A DNA stretch of 64,000 nucleotides from Candidatus Thorarchaeota archaeon. Its GTDB lineage: Archaea; Asgardarchaeota; Lokiarchaeia; Sigyniarchaeales; SOKP01. Where the stretch lies: assembly GCA_048882645.1 (NCBI GenBank), contig JBHLRJ010000001.1, positions 22,945-86,944 on the forward strand, in the 5' to 3' direction. Of this stretch, positions 36,461-44,792 are shown piece after piece. Each line of letters starts with the position of its first letter. The first letter of the stretch is position 1. Below the pieces are notes generated by a model. It saw nothing but the letters and a program-made list of their open reading frames with translations, was not told where the DNA came from and did no database searches. Made by a program: the position numbers and the translations under genes.

Positions 36461-37945
36461 TTAATTGAGCGTAACTTTAAATCCATGATTTTTTAAATAG
36501 TTTCCATAGCTCCATAGATGATAAATACACTTAGCTGCTGCGGATACAGAATCATATACAACTATCCCGTTTTCTCTTGTTCTTATATAGAACTCGTCTA
36601 TTTTGTCTATTGATTCTTTTTGTGGCCTAGAGGAGTTATATATACTAATAAGGTTTTTATTTGATTGAGGTGAAATAGAGTTAGCAAAACTTCTAACTAC
36701 TTCCCCCATATTAAATTCTCGAAAAATGTGCCATTCGGGATTTATTGTAATCATTATAGTAGAAATGTGTGGTTCCTTATCAATTACTTTCATAGTCTTA
36801 ACCATGTTTTCATAACCACCATTAGCACCAAATTCTAATGGATTTGATAAATTAGAATTAATTTCAGGTACAAATTCATTTATCGATTTTTGTGCTTTTT
36901 CTGTTATTCTTGGTACTTTTAGACCATAAGCTTCACACTCATCCGTCATTTCTACCGCTGGACCGCCCCCACCAGTAATCAAAGCAGCACCAAGAGTTTC
37001 AGGGATTTTATAGGATAGACACGTTTGGATCATATCTATTAATTCTTTAAAATTATTAACAAGAATAGCACCTGTTTGACGTGCCATTGATTTCCAAAGT
37101 TTTATGTTTCCTGCCAAACCTCCAGTATGACTCATTACAGCACTATGACCCCCCTCTAATTTTCCACCTTTCCATATAATGACAATTTTCTCCTTAGTAG
37201 TTTCTTTTAGCAGCTTAAAAAATTCATTTCCTCCTTTCTTTAAATTCTCAATGTACATAGAAATTATTTTAGTTTTTGGATCATTCTTAAAGTATCTCAG
37301 GAAATCAATGAGATCCAGATCAATCTGATTACCTAGAGAAATAATTTTTGAGAATTTATAACCATGTTCAGTTCCTGCAAATGCATGCCTATTGGCTAAT
37401 CCCCCCGATTGACTTATAAAAGCAACATTCCCCGCTTCTAATGGAAGTCGGTGAGTGAAAGCAATTCGTCCTTTTGGATTATAAAGCCCCATACAATTAG
37501 GACCAAGAATCCGAATATGTCTTTTTGAAGCTTTATTTATAAGCTCTTTTTCAAGTTTCTTTCCTTCCTCTCCCAGTTCTGAAAATCCACTTGAGAAAAT
37601 ATGCGCAAAAAGCACTCCCTTTTGCCCTAATTCATCTACTATTTGTGGTGTGATTTTAGCAGGAACTGCAATGATTCCTAGGTCGATGGGTGGATCATTT
37701 GGTAAAGAAGAAATTGAACCGTATACCTTGTAGCCATGAATTTCCTCGCCTTCATATTTTGAATTAACGGGATACACAGGATTAGGGAAATTATACTCCC
37801 TGAATGTTTCCAAATAGTGCGTTCCACCCCAATTCTTTCCCTTACTAACACCAACTACCACAACCGCACGGGGATTAAATAATCTATTAAAGGGGATGTT
37901 TGTTCTTTCGAAAGGAATATTTTGATTTCTTAGTTCTTGCTCCAA
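36461..37945 (-). CDS. ADP-forming acyl/acetyl-CoA synthetase, alpha-type subunit (CoA-binding + CoA-ligase domains)
   Basis: 494-aa ORF. 'AVVVVGVS', 'GPNCMGLYNP', 'FISQSGGL' and the phosphohistidine loop 'MSHTGGLAG'. Confidence 0.8.
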   Translation of the reverse strand: MEQELRNQNIPFERTNIPFNRLFNPRAVVVVGVSKGKNWGGTHYLETFREYNFPNPVYPVNSKYEGEEIHGYKVYGSISSLPNDPPIDLGIIAVPAKITPQIVDELGQKGVLFAHIFSSGFSELGEEGKKLEKELINKASKRHIRILGPNCMGLYNPKGRIAFTHRLPLEAGNVAFISQSGGLANRHAFAGTEHGYKFSKIISLGNQIDLDLIDFLRYFKNDPKTKIISMYIENLKKGGNEFFKLLKETTKEKIVIIWKGGKLEGGHSAVMSHTGGLAGNIKLWKSMARQTGAILVNNFKELIDMIQTCLSYKIPETLGAALITGGGGPAVEMTDECEAYGLKVPRITEKAQKSINEFVPEINSNLSNPLEFGANGGYENMVKTMKVIDKEPHISTIMITINPEWHIFREFNMGEVVRSFANSISPQSNKNLISIYNSSRPQKESIDKIDEFYIRTRENGIVVYDSVSAAAKCIYHLWSYGNYLKNHGFKVTLN

Positions 37946-38084
37946 TAAAAAATCTGTGTTTTGTTTGTTGCTTCTTGTAAAAATAAGTCACCTATAATTA
38001 AAACTCCAAAATTATATATTTTGAAATGTACCAATGGTAAAAAATTTTGTTAAAAAGGAAAAAAAAGAGTAAGAAAAAAGTTAT

Positions 38085-38660
38085 TTAAAGCTTAGATCCA
38101 CAATTAGGACAAAAATTTCCTTTGGCTTCTATTTTATGACCACAATAAACACAATAATTCTTATTTTCAGAAGGCAAAGGAGCTTCTAATTTTTTAGCAG
38201 GAGCAATGTATTCAGGTGCTTGAGAATATGTAATCCCTTTGCCCAATATAATTTCTCCCGTTTCGGAATTAAAACTATATTGAACAATTCCTTTATTTCG
38301 TAAGTCAATTAATACTCGTAAGATATCCTTGGGTCGCATACCAATTTCTAATGCAATGTGTTCAAGCTTATGTGTTCCTTCAAAATTCCTCTGAGCAAGG
38401 GCGTTTTTAACAACTTGTTTATATTTTGCATTTCTATAAAGTTGTTGAAATCCTCCTATAAAGATAAAGAATGCAGGGATGAATAACCAATAACCCCAAT
38501 GGGCAAGCCCTATAAATTGAACATTAAATGCTAGGAAGAACAATGATAAAATTGCCACAAAAAGAAATACTGCTCCAGTAGCAAAAGTTCCAATAGCAGC
38601 TTCATAAGATTCTTTATAATAATATCTGTTTTTATACTTATCTTCACTCATTTTTATCAA
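38085..38660 (-). CDS. membrane-anchored wHTH protein with C-terminal Zn-ribbon
   Basis: 191-aa ORF. Two N-terminal TM helices, the wHTH-like 'LEHIALEIGMRPKDILRVLIDLRNKGIVQY' and C-terminal 'CVYCGHKIEAKGNFCPNCGSKL'. Confidence 0.6.
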   Translation of the reverse strand: MIKMSEDKYKNRYYYKESYEAAIGTFATGAVFLFVAILSLFFLAFNVQFIGLAHWGYWLFIPAFFIFIGGFQQLYRNAKYKQVVKNALAQRNFEGTHKLEHIALEIGMRPKDILRVLIDLRNKGIVQYSFNSETGEIILGKGITYSQAPEYIAPAKKLEAPLPSENKNYCVYCGHKIEAKGNFCPNCGSKL

Positions 38661-38760
38661 TATTTTTTAATAGTTTAAGTTAGTATATTGTAAAGTATAA
38701 AAGAATTTTATTATAGCTTCAAGAGTCCAATCTTTAAAATTTTTAATACAAGTACAAATA

Positions 38761-39432
38761 TCAAGAGGTAAGTTCTTTTAGCCATGAAGAATCTATTTTT
38801 AATTGTTCATAAACATCTTTATCCCCAAAATCTCCTCTGAATTGATCTCTTGCCATTTTAATAACTCTAAATTTCCAATTCTTTTCCTTAATACCATATT
38901 GTATTGCATCAGTAAGTTCGACCTCACCTCTTTCAGTGGGTTTTAATATTTTTAAAATATTAAAAATCTCCTTGGCTAAAATAAGGATCCCACAATTGTT
39001 AAGATTGGATTTTGATTCTCCTTGCTTTGGTTTTTCAATTATATCTATCAGGTGATTGTTTATGGATTGTATTGCCCCTCCCCTAAATGGATCCTTAGAA
39101 TAATTAGCAATTAATAAATAATCTTTATTTTCTCTCTTATGGATCTCAATAATTTCTTTATAAATCTTATATGGAACCAAAATGTCGCCCCACGTTAAGA
39201 AAAAGTGGTGATCCTTTATTAAATCTTCACATAATAAAACAGCACCTCCTGTACCGTTAATTACATCCTGTTCGACATATTCTATCTGGATTCCCCATTT
39301 TGTTCCCCCTTGAAAGTAGTCTAATACTTGCTCTTTGAGATAACCGACAACAAGAATTACTTTTTTCAAACCTGCAAATATCAATCCGTTTATGATATAC
39401 TCTAACAAGGGTTTTCCATGAATTGGAATCAT
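38761..39432 (-). CDS. sugar-1-phosphate nucleotidyltransferase (5' end probably extends to ~39504)
   Basis: 223-aa ORF from the first ATG. The same frame upstream encodes 'LKAIVLCAGYGKRLKPYTDVYQKS', the canonical GxGxRL nucleotide-binding loop, so the real start precedes the ATG (see finding). Confidence 0.8.
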   Translation of the reverse strand: MIPIHGKPLLEYIINGLIFAGLKKVILVVGYLKEQVLDYFQGGTKWGIQIEYVEQDVINGTGGAVLLCEDLIKDHHFFLTWGDILVPYKIYKEIIEIHKRENKDYLLIANYSKDPFRGGAIQSINNHLIDIIEKPKQGESKSNLNNCGILILAKEIFNILKILKPTERGEVELTDAIQYGIKEKNWKFRVIKMARDQFRGDFGDKDVYEQLKIDSSWLKELTS

Positions 39433-39500
39433 AGATTTCTGATAAACATCAGTATAGGGTTTTAAACGTTTACCATAACCTGCGCATAAAACAATTGCTT

Positions 39501-40607
39501 TCAGTAAAGCTCAACTCCATTACTAGTTTTAATTACATATGCTTTAGCATCATTTTTTTCAATAGAATCTTTAAGTGCTTGTTCATTACCGGGAGAAAGT
39601 GCAAACATAGTTCCTCCAAAACCAGAACCATTTATTTTTGCACCATAAGCTCCTGCTTCTAAGCAATCTGTTATTATATTATCAATCTTTTGTGTTGATA
39701 TTTCAATATTGTCTCTTAACTGTTCATGATGTTTATTTAGTAGAGTACCTAATTTTTGATAAAAAAGATCTTTTACCTGCAATTTTGGTTTGATAGGAGG
39801 AATCCATTGATCGAAAATCAAATTTTTTGCCATTAGTGTTATATCCCGGTTAATTATATTTCCAATAATTTTCTTTCGATATTTATTTTCAAGATTAGGT
39901 AAAAATTGTTCTATTTCTTCAAAAGTGGAGGAAAATCGATCAAAATTTGGCATGACTTTATTAATAATTTTAAAAGCTTTAATTGAAATCTTCTTTACTT
40001 TGAAAATGTCTTCGACTGTATCTTTCTTCTCAAATGAATTACCCAAAACAAATCCTTCAAATTTATTTTTTAAATTCATAACATGTGCATCAATTTTTTC
40101 TGATTCTAAGAAGTTAATATAACCATAAGTAGAAGTAAAATGGTCCATCATGCCCCCAGCTTCACCAAATTCATTTACTTCTGAATTGTAGCCTTCTAAA
40201 GCTAGACTTTTTAGTTCAATTCCTGATTTAGTATCATTTATTAAAGATAAAAAATATAACCATGCGATTACTAATGCAGAAGAACTCGCGGCTCCCGCAC
40301 TTATTGGAATATCTCCGGTGATTTTGATTATATAACCTTTTGAGAACTTAAATCCTTTTCGAATGAATTGATTATATGAACTTCTAAGATAATCTCGTTT
40401 TGAAAAATAATGTATCTCTTTATTATTCAATTGAATTTCGAGACGTTCATCGACATCTGGAAGATTTATTATAAATTTGGGTAAATCCAGTCTTTTTGCC
40501 TCAAGGTAAATATACTTTGAAATTGCCATCGAAATTGTAGGATAGTTTAAATAATCTTGGTGTTCTCCAAATAAGCATATCCTTCCAGGAGCTCTTATAC
40601 GAATCAT
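39501..40607 (-). CDS. GHMP-family sugar kinase (galactokinase-like)
   Basis: 368-aa ORF. Motif I 'APGRICLFGEHQDYLNYPTISMAI', motif II 'GDIPISAGAASSSALVIA' and motif III 'INGSGFGGTMFAL'. Confidence 0.8.
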   Translation of the reverse strand: MIRIRAPGRICLFGEHQDYLNYPTISMAISKYIYLEAKRLDLPKFIINLPDVDERLEIQLNNKEIHYFSKRDYLRSSYNQFIRKGFKFSKGYIIKITGDIPISAGAASSSALVIAWLYFLSLINDTKSGIELKSLALEGYNSEVNEFGEAGGMMDHFTSTYGYINFLESEKIDAHVMNLKNKFEGFVLGNSFEKKDTVEDIFKVKKISIKAFKIINKVMPNFDRFSSTFEEIEQFLPNLENKYRKKIIGNIINRDITLMAKNLIFDQWIPPIKPKLQVKDLFYQKLGTLLNKHHEQLRDNIEISTQKIDNIITDCLEAGAYGAKINGSGFGGTMFALSPGNEQALKDSIEKNDAKAYVIKTSNGVELY

Positions 40608-40742
40608 TTTTTTATGAATAACTATATTATTCTGGTATCACAGAAGTATTATAATTCTTTTTTTTTCCAATTTCGTAGATAATATTAATTCGGATTAAGC
40701 ATTTCTAGCAGTATTAAACATATATGAGATAATCTCCTGAGT

Positions 40743-41495
40743 TTGATGATTTGCGACCTTCTTATTATTAAAGATGGATTACCGTTATTATCCAGCAACT
40801 TTACAGATTCTTCTAATCCTAATAATATTTTTACTCAAGAAGATAACCTCATTATGATATCTGGTTTTTTTTCTGCTTTGGATTCATTTTCAGATTCATT
40901 TGAGGATTTAGGTGCCATCAGTGAATTAAAACTTTCTAACAATGATTTAAAATTATCATTCTTAAGGGATGCACGTGTCCCAAATTTAATTTATCTGGCG
41001 TCTTTTGATGATAAAACTGAAAAGAAAAATGTGGAAGATTTCCTAAAAAGGATTTCTAAAAAATTTTTCCAAAGATACAGCATTGATGAAATTGAGAATT
41101 GGAATGGGAGATTGACTTTTTTCAAGCCATTTGAAGATGATATAAGGAAATATGCCGAAGAAGAAAAAAAATTTTATGATGAAAATTATAATGGTAAAGT
41201 AGTTGAGTGGTTAAAGAGCTTTGAGGATGAAGCTGATAATGAGCTGGAATTAATTGAAGAGCCTGAACCAGTTGAAACGACACCAGAATATTATGAATAC
41301 ATACCAGCCATCACCACATCTCAAAAGATCAACCCAAAACATTATTTAACGGGTGAAACTTCGTGTATGATATATGAAAAAATAGATGGAAAAAAAACAA
41401 TTATCGAAATAACTGAAGAATTACAGATTGACCCCAACAAGGTCTATAGTATTTGCAAAAATCTTATCAAAATGGGAATAATATCATTTGGTTGA
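40743..41495 (+). CDS. longin/roadblock-like small alpha/beta domain protein with acidic linker and C-terminal wHTH
   Basis: 250-aa ORF (TTG at 40743, ATG at 40746). The N-terminal ~115 aa show a beta-beta-alpha-beta-beta-beta-alpha pattern ('LLIIKDGLPLLSS', 'IMISGFFSALDSFSDSF', 'ISELKLS', 'LKLSFLRD', 'LIYLASFD', 'VEDFLKRISKKFFQRY'). The C-terminal 'MIYEKIDGKKTIIEITEELQIDPNKVYSICKNLIKMGII' is wHTH-like. Fold call is by eye. Confidence 0.5.
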   Translation: MMICDLLIIKDGLPLLSSNFTDSSNPNNIFTQEDNLIMISGFFSALDSFSDSFEDLGAISELKLSNNDLKLSFLRDARVPNLIYLASFDDKTEKKNVEDFLKRISKKFFQRYSIDEIENWNGRLTFFKPFEDDIRKYAEEEKKFYDENYNGKVVEWLKSFEDEADNELELIEEPEPVETTPEYYEYIPAITTSQKINPKHYLTGETSCMIYEKIDGKKTIIEITEELQIDPNKVYSICKNLIKMGIISFG

Positions 41496-41498
41496 AAA

Positions 41499-42443
41499 TT
41501 AATAACGATATATGTCAAATTTCCAAGCCCTCCCACCAGCTTCATTAATAGCGTTAGCAACTTCTTCTTTTTTGCCAGGTGCTATCGCTACTATACACCC
41601 ACCCCCTCCAGCACCCATTTGTTTAGCACCTAATGCTCCTGCATCCTTTGCAGCATTGCATAATGAGACAATCTTTTTTGTATCAGCTTTAATTATAGCT
41701 TCTTGTTCTTGTTGAATATTCATTAGATGCCCTAGCCTTTCATAATCTGCTTTTAATAAAGCTTCCCTACCTTCATACACACAATTTTCTATGATATAAA
41801 AGGCTTTCAAAGTTGTTGGATCTTTCTCTTTGAGTTGTTTTTTAACTCTATTTAAAATCAGGAATGCTTTTCGTTCTTCCTTAGAATCCCCAACTACTAT
41901 CGGTAGGTTACCTACATCTAAATGCTCCACACTCGGAGTTTCTCCAGTATGAATGAATACAATACCACCAAATACTTCTGTATACTGATCTAATCTTCCA
42001 CATTGAATGCCTAAGTCATGATTCTCTCCTAAATATGCTAATTCAGCAATTTCTATGTTTGAAAATTTTAGTTCGAGTGCTTGATTTAATGCTTTAATAA
42101 AGCCAATAGACAAAGCCGCTGAAGTGGATAATCCCGCTCCAATAGGTATATCTGAAGCGACTTCAAGAATAAATCCCTTTTTGATATGTTCTTTTAACCT
42201 TTCATACAAAACACTCCAATATGCTAAATCAACATTCCGAGGAGGTGACTCACCAATCTTAAATTTTATCTTTTCTTTTGTATTATGACTATAAAATTCA
42301 ATAATTTTATCCTGTCTTTCTCGATATTTTATCGTCATCATCAGATTTATAGCCATTCCGATAACAGGTTTACCTAACAGGTCAACCTTATCTCCCATTA
42401 GACAAATTCGACCAGGAACCTGTACTGTGACCTTTTTCATCAT
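41499..42443 (-). CDS. GHMP-family kinase (galactokinase/mevalonate-kinase-like; substrate unclear)
   Basis: 314-aa ORF. 'VPGRICLMGDKVDLLGKPVIGMAI', 'SDIPIGAGLSTSAALSIG' and 'KQMGAGGGGCIVAI'. Confidence 0.8.
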   Translation of the reverse strand: MMKKVTVQVPGRICLMGDKVDLLGKPVIGMAINLMMTIKYRERQDKIIEFYSHNTKEKIKFKIGESPPRNVDLAYWSVLYERLKEHIKKGFILEVASDIPIGAGLSTSAALSIGFIKALNQALELKFSNIEIAELAYLGENHDLGIQCGRLDQYTEVFGGIVFIHTGETPSVEHLDVGNLPIVVGDSKEERKAFLILNRVKKQLKEKDPTTLKAFYIIENCVYEGREALLKADYERLGHLMNIQQEQEAIIKADTKKIVSLCNAAKDAGALGAKQMGAGGGGCIVAIAPGKKEEVANAINEAGGRAWKFDIYRY

Positions 42444-42513
42444 TATGTTCTAACTTTGATGGCGGAATTTGGGGTAATTATTATATTCTTAATAGAGGAA
42501 TTAGTGTTAAAAA

Positions 42514-42819
42514 TTATTTTTGTTTTCTTTTTTGCTGCACTTTTTTTCTTTTACGGTCAGCTTCTTGAATTTCCTCCTCTAACTCATATAATTGTGAATC
42601 TTTTTTACCTTGTAGCTTAAATTGTCCTTGAATTTTGCTCTCTTCGCGTTCTCCAGTTTTAGATATTTTTTCAAATGATAATTCTATGGGAAAAGCTTGA
42701 TCTAAGGCTAGGTTTATAAAGTTGATAAAACCTATATGCTTACTTGGAGGAATATTGATTTTAAGATTAACAACTTTATTTTTTTTGGTTTTAGTTTTCA
42801 AAATTAGACGTAGTTTCAA
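42514..42819 (-). CDS. hypothetical small basic protein
   Basis: 101-aa ORF with Lys-rich termini. No motif recognised. Confidence 0.4.
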   Translation of the reverse strand: MKLRLILKTKTKKNKVVNLKINIPPSKHIGFINFINLALDQAFPIELSFEKISKTGEREESKIQGQFKLQGKKDSQLYELEEEIQEADRKRKKVQQKRKQK

Positions 42820-42943
42820 AGATTTTCAATCCCTTTCTTGTTTAAATGATTTATTTATATATTTAAAATTATCAAACTAAAAAAACTATGTTATTTTATA
42901 ATGCTAAATATATTTTAATTTAACCTATAAAACCGTAAAAAGA

Positions 42944-43573
42944 ATGGCTTCGAAATTTAGAGTACGATATTTTTTTAGACCTTTGGTAACTATAATAGCA
43001 AAAGGCTTAATTAAGATTAAAGTCACACCAAATTTAGCAACAGTTATTATGCTTTGTTTTTCAGTCTTATGTTTTATCTCCTTAGCTTTTTTTCAAAACC
43101 TTTTATGCTTTTCCATTTTTGTGGTTATTACAGGAATAATGGATGGATGTGATGGAGCAATTGCTCGATTAACAAATAAATCGACAAAATTTGGAGGCCT
43201 TTTTGATTCATTCATGGATAGAGTATCTGAGTTTTTCATATTTTTAGGATTGGGTATATATAATAAAGATCAATTCCTTTGGAATTTGATTGATATGAAA
43301 TTGATAATTTTCATATCGTTCTTCAGTTCGATATTGATCAGCTATAGTAGGGCGCGAGCAGAGGTATTCTTCAAAGGAGACTATGACATAGGGCTTATGG
43401 CAAGATCAGAAAGATTGTTCTATTTATTTATCTCAATGATGTTTGCATTCTTTTTTGGATTCATGAAGGAACTCTTATTTATCTATTTATGGTTAGTTGT
43501 AGGAACATATTTATTTAGAATGATACGTATCTATTACCGAATAAAAAGTAAAGACAATAATTTGAACAAATAA
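42944..43573 (+). CDS. CDP-alcohol phosphatidyltransferase family protein
   Basis: 209-aa membrane ORF with the family signature 'DGCDGAIARLTNKSTKFGGLFDSFMDRVSE' (DGx2ARx8Gx3Dx3D). Confidence 0.85.
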   Translation: MASKFRVRYFFRPLVTIIAKGLIKIKVTPNLATVIMLCFSVLCFISLAFFQNLLCFSIFVVITGIMDGCDGAIARLTNKSTKFGGLFDSFMDRVSEFFIFLGLGIYNKDQFLWNLIDMKLIIFISFFSSILISYSRARAEVFFKGDYDIGLMARSERLFYLFISMMFAFFFGFMKELLFIYLWLVVGTYLFRMIRIYYRIKSKDNNLNK

Positions 43574-43587
43574 AGTTTTTCTCCGGT

Positions 43588-44343
43588 TTAGTTTTTATTA
43601 AATTCGATTCTAATTCTGTCCCCATCCTTTAAATCTAACTCGTCTCTTAAGTAAGGGGCAGCGATGATCTCAACAATATTTTTCTTGTGGTGTGTTCTTT
43701 TAATCCTCAATATGGCTGCATTTAGTTTCTTTTTTTGGTCATCTATACGAGATACTTTACACTTATAACAATCCACTGAACCATAGGTTCGTTTTCCGTA
43801 TTCTTCTTCTTCCTTTTCAAATCCATTAATTCTGACAGGAATACGATTCTTTAAGTTTTCATCTAAAAGTTGTTTGTTAAGATCACTCATTTGGAGATTT
43901 AATGTTCCATACCAAGGATCAAATCCCAATTTTTCACAAAATTGTTCATAATACTCCTTAATTCTAATATAATAACCTCCCTCTCCCATTCCTTCTGTAA
44001 CTTCTCCAACTATTAAAATTTCTTCAAGGATTTGTTTTAAGTTTTTATACATAGTAAGAAGCACATCAGCTCCTTCCTTCGTAATTCGAATTATCTGTTC
44101 TTTTCCAACTATCCTTCTCTGAATCCACCCGATATCTTCCAACTGATTAATCCTTCTGGATGCTGTTTGTTGAGATAAATTAAGTACTTTGCCAAATTCA
44201 ACACTGCTAATATGAATAGCTTTTTGACTACCTATATTTTGGCAAAGATGGTACAATGCAAACCAATTTGCATAGTTATCAGGGGTAATATCTTCATTCT
44301 CTTCCATTTTCAGTTTTTTTCGAACTATTCTCCTTATATCCAT
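43588..44343 (-). CDS. ribK: wHTH-fused CTP-dependent riboflavin kinase (RbkR-like regulator/kinase)
   Basis: 251-aa ORF with an N-terminal wHTH ('LSQQTASRRINQLEDIGWIQRR'). The C-terminal half is collinear with archaeal RibK ('GMGEGGYYIRI', 'PWYGTLNL', 'IVEIIAAPYLRDELDLKDGDRIRIE'). Confidence 0.85.
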   Translation of the reverse strand: MDIRRIVRKKLKMEENEDITPDNYANWFALYHLCQNIGSQKAIHISSVEFGKVLNLSQQTASRRINQLEDIGWIQRRIVGKEQIIRITKEGADVLLTMYKNLKQILEEILIVGEVTEGMGEGGYYIRIKEYYEQFCEKLGFDPWYGTLNLQMSDLNKQLLDENLKNRIPVRINGFEKEEEEYGKRTYGSVDCYKCKVSRIDDQKKKLNAAILRIKRTHHKKNIVEIIAAPYLRDELDLKDGDRIRIEFNKN

Positions 44344-44770
44344 TAATAATTTTTTTTTTTATTAAACTTGAACTATGGAGTTCATACTTATCATAGTATG
44401 TTTTGAGTCTTTTCACTTCAATATGATTTAATCCTTTTTCTTTAAGTCCTTTCTTTAATATCTCTATGCTATATTTCTGATCTGGTCCTAGTAGAATGAT
44501 ATCTGGGTTGATTTCTTGAACTGTTTTAAGAGTATCATTATCACTTCTTCCTAATCGTGCGTCTTTAACATTTTTCAAGTTGCATATAACTTCCAATCTT
44601 TGTTCTTGGGAAAGAACTGGGCGTTCTCCAGAAAATATCTCCCGATTTTTGTCAGTAGCTACGACAACATAAACATCTCCTAATTTCGCAGCTTCATTGA
44701 TAAGATAAATGTGACCTGCATGAATAAGATCAAATGTGCCTGCGACCAATACCCTTTTTTTTTGATTCAT
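44294..44770 (-). CDS. ribL: FAD synthetase RibL (cytidylyltransferase-like FMN adenylyltransferase)
   Basis: 158-aa ORF. 'VLVAGTFDLIHAGHIYLINEAAKLGDVYVVVATD' and 'DIILLGPDQ' are collinear with archaeal RibL. It overlaps the ribK ORF by 50 nt (14 nt if ribK starts at Met13). Confidence 0.85.
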   Translation of the reverse strand: MNQKKRVLVAGTFDLIHAGHIYLINEAAKLGDVYVVVATDKNREIFSGERPVLSQEQRLEVICNLKNVKDARLGRSDNDTLKTVQEINPDIILLGPDQKYSIEILKKGLKEKGLNHIEVKRLKTYYDKYELHSSSLIKKKIINGYKENSSKKTENGRE

Positions 44771-44792
44771 TTTACTTCATTATTTTATAGAT

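Noticed and set aside
39495-39513. Programmed -1 ribosomal frameshift fusing the GHMP kinase to the nucleotidyltransferase.
   Set aside because: The frames differ by -1, but the junction (GAGCTTTACTGA) has no X-XXY-YYZ slippery heptamer and I see no downstream stimulatory structure. A non-canonical or mutated start is simpler. It is kept only as a minor alternative in the finding.
41499-42443. Calling the second GHMP kinase mevalonate kinase.
   Set aside because: Motif III 'GAGGGGC' is MVK-like, but motif I ('PGRICLMGDKVDLLG') looks GalK-like, and no other mevalonate-pathway genes are nearby. It is left as a generic GHMP kinase.
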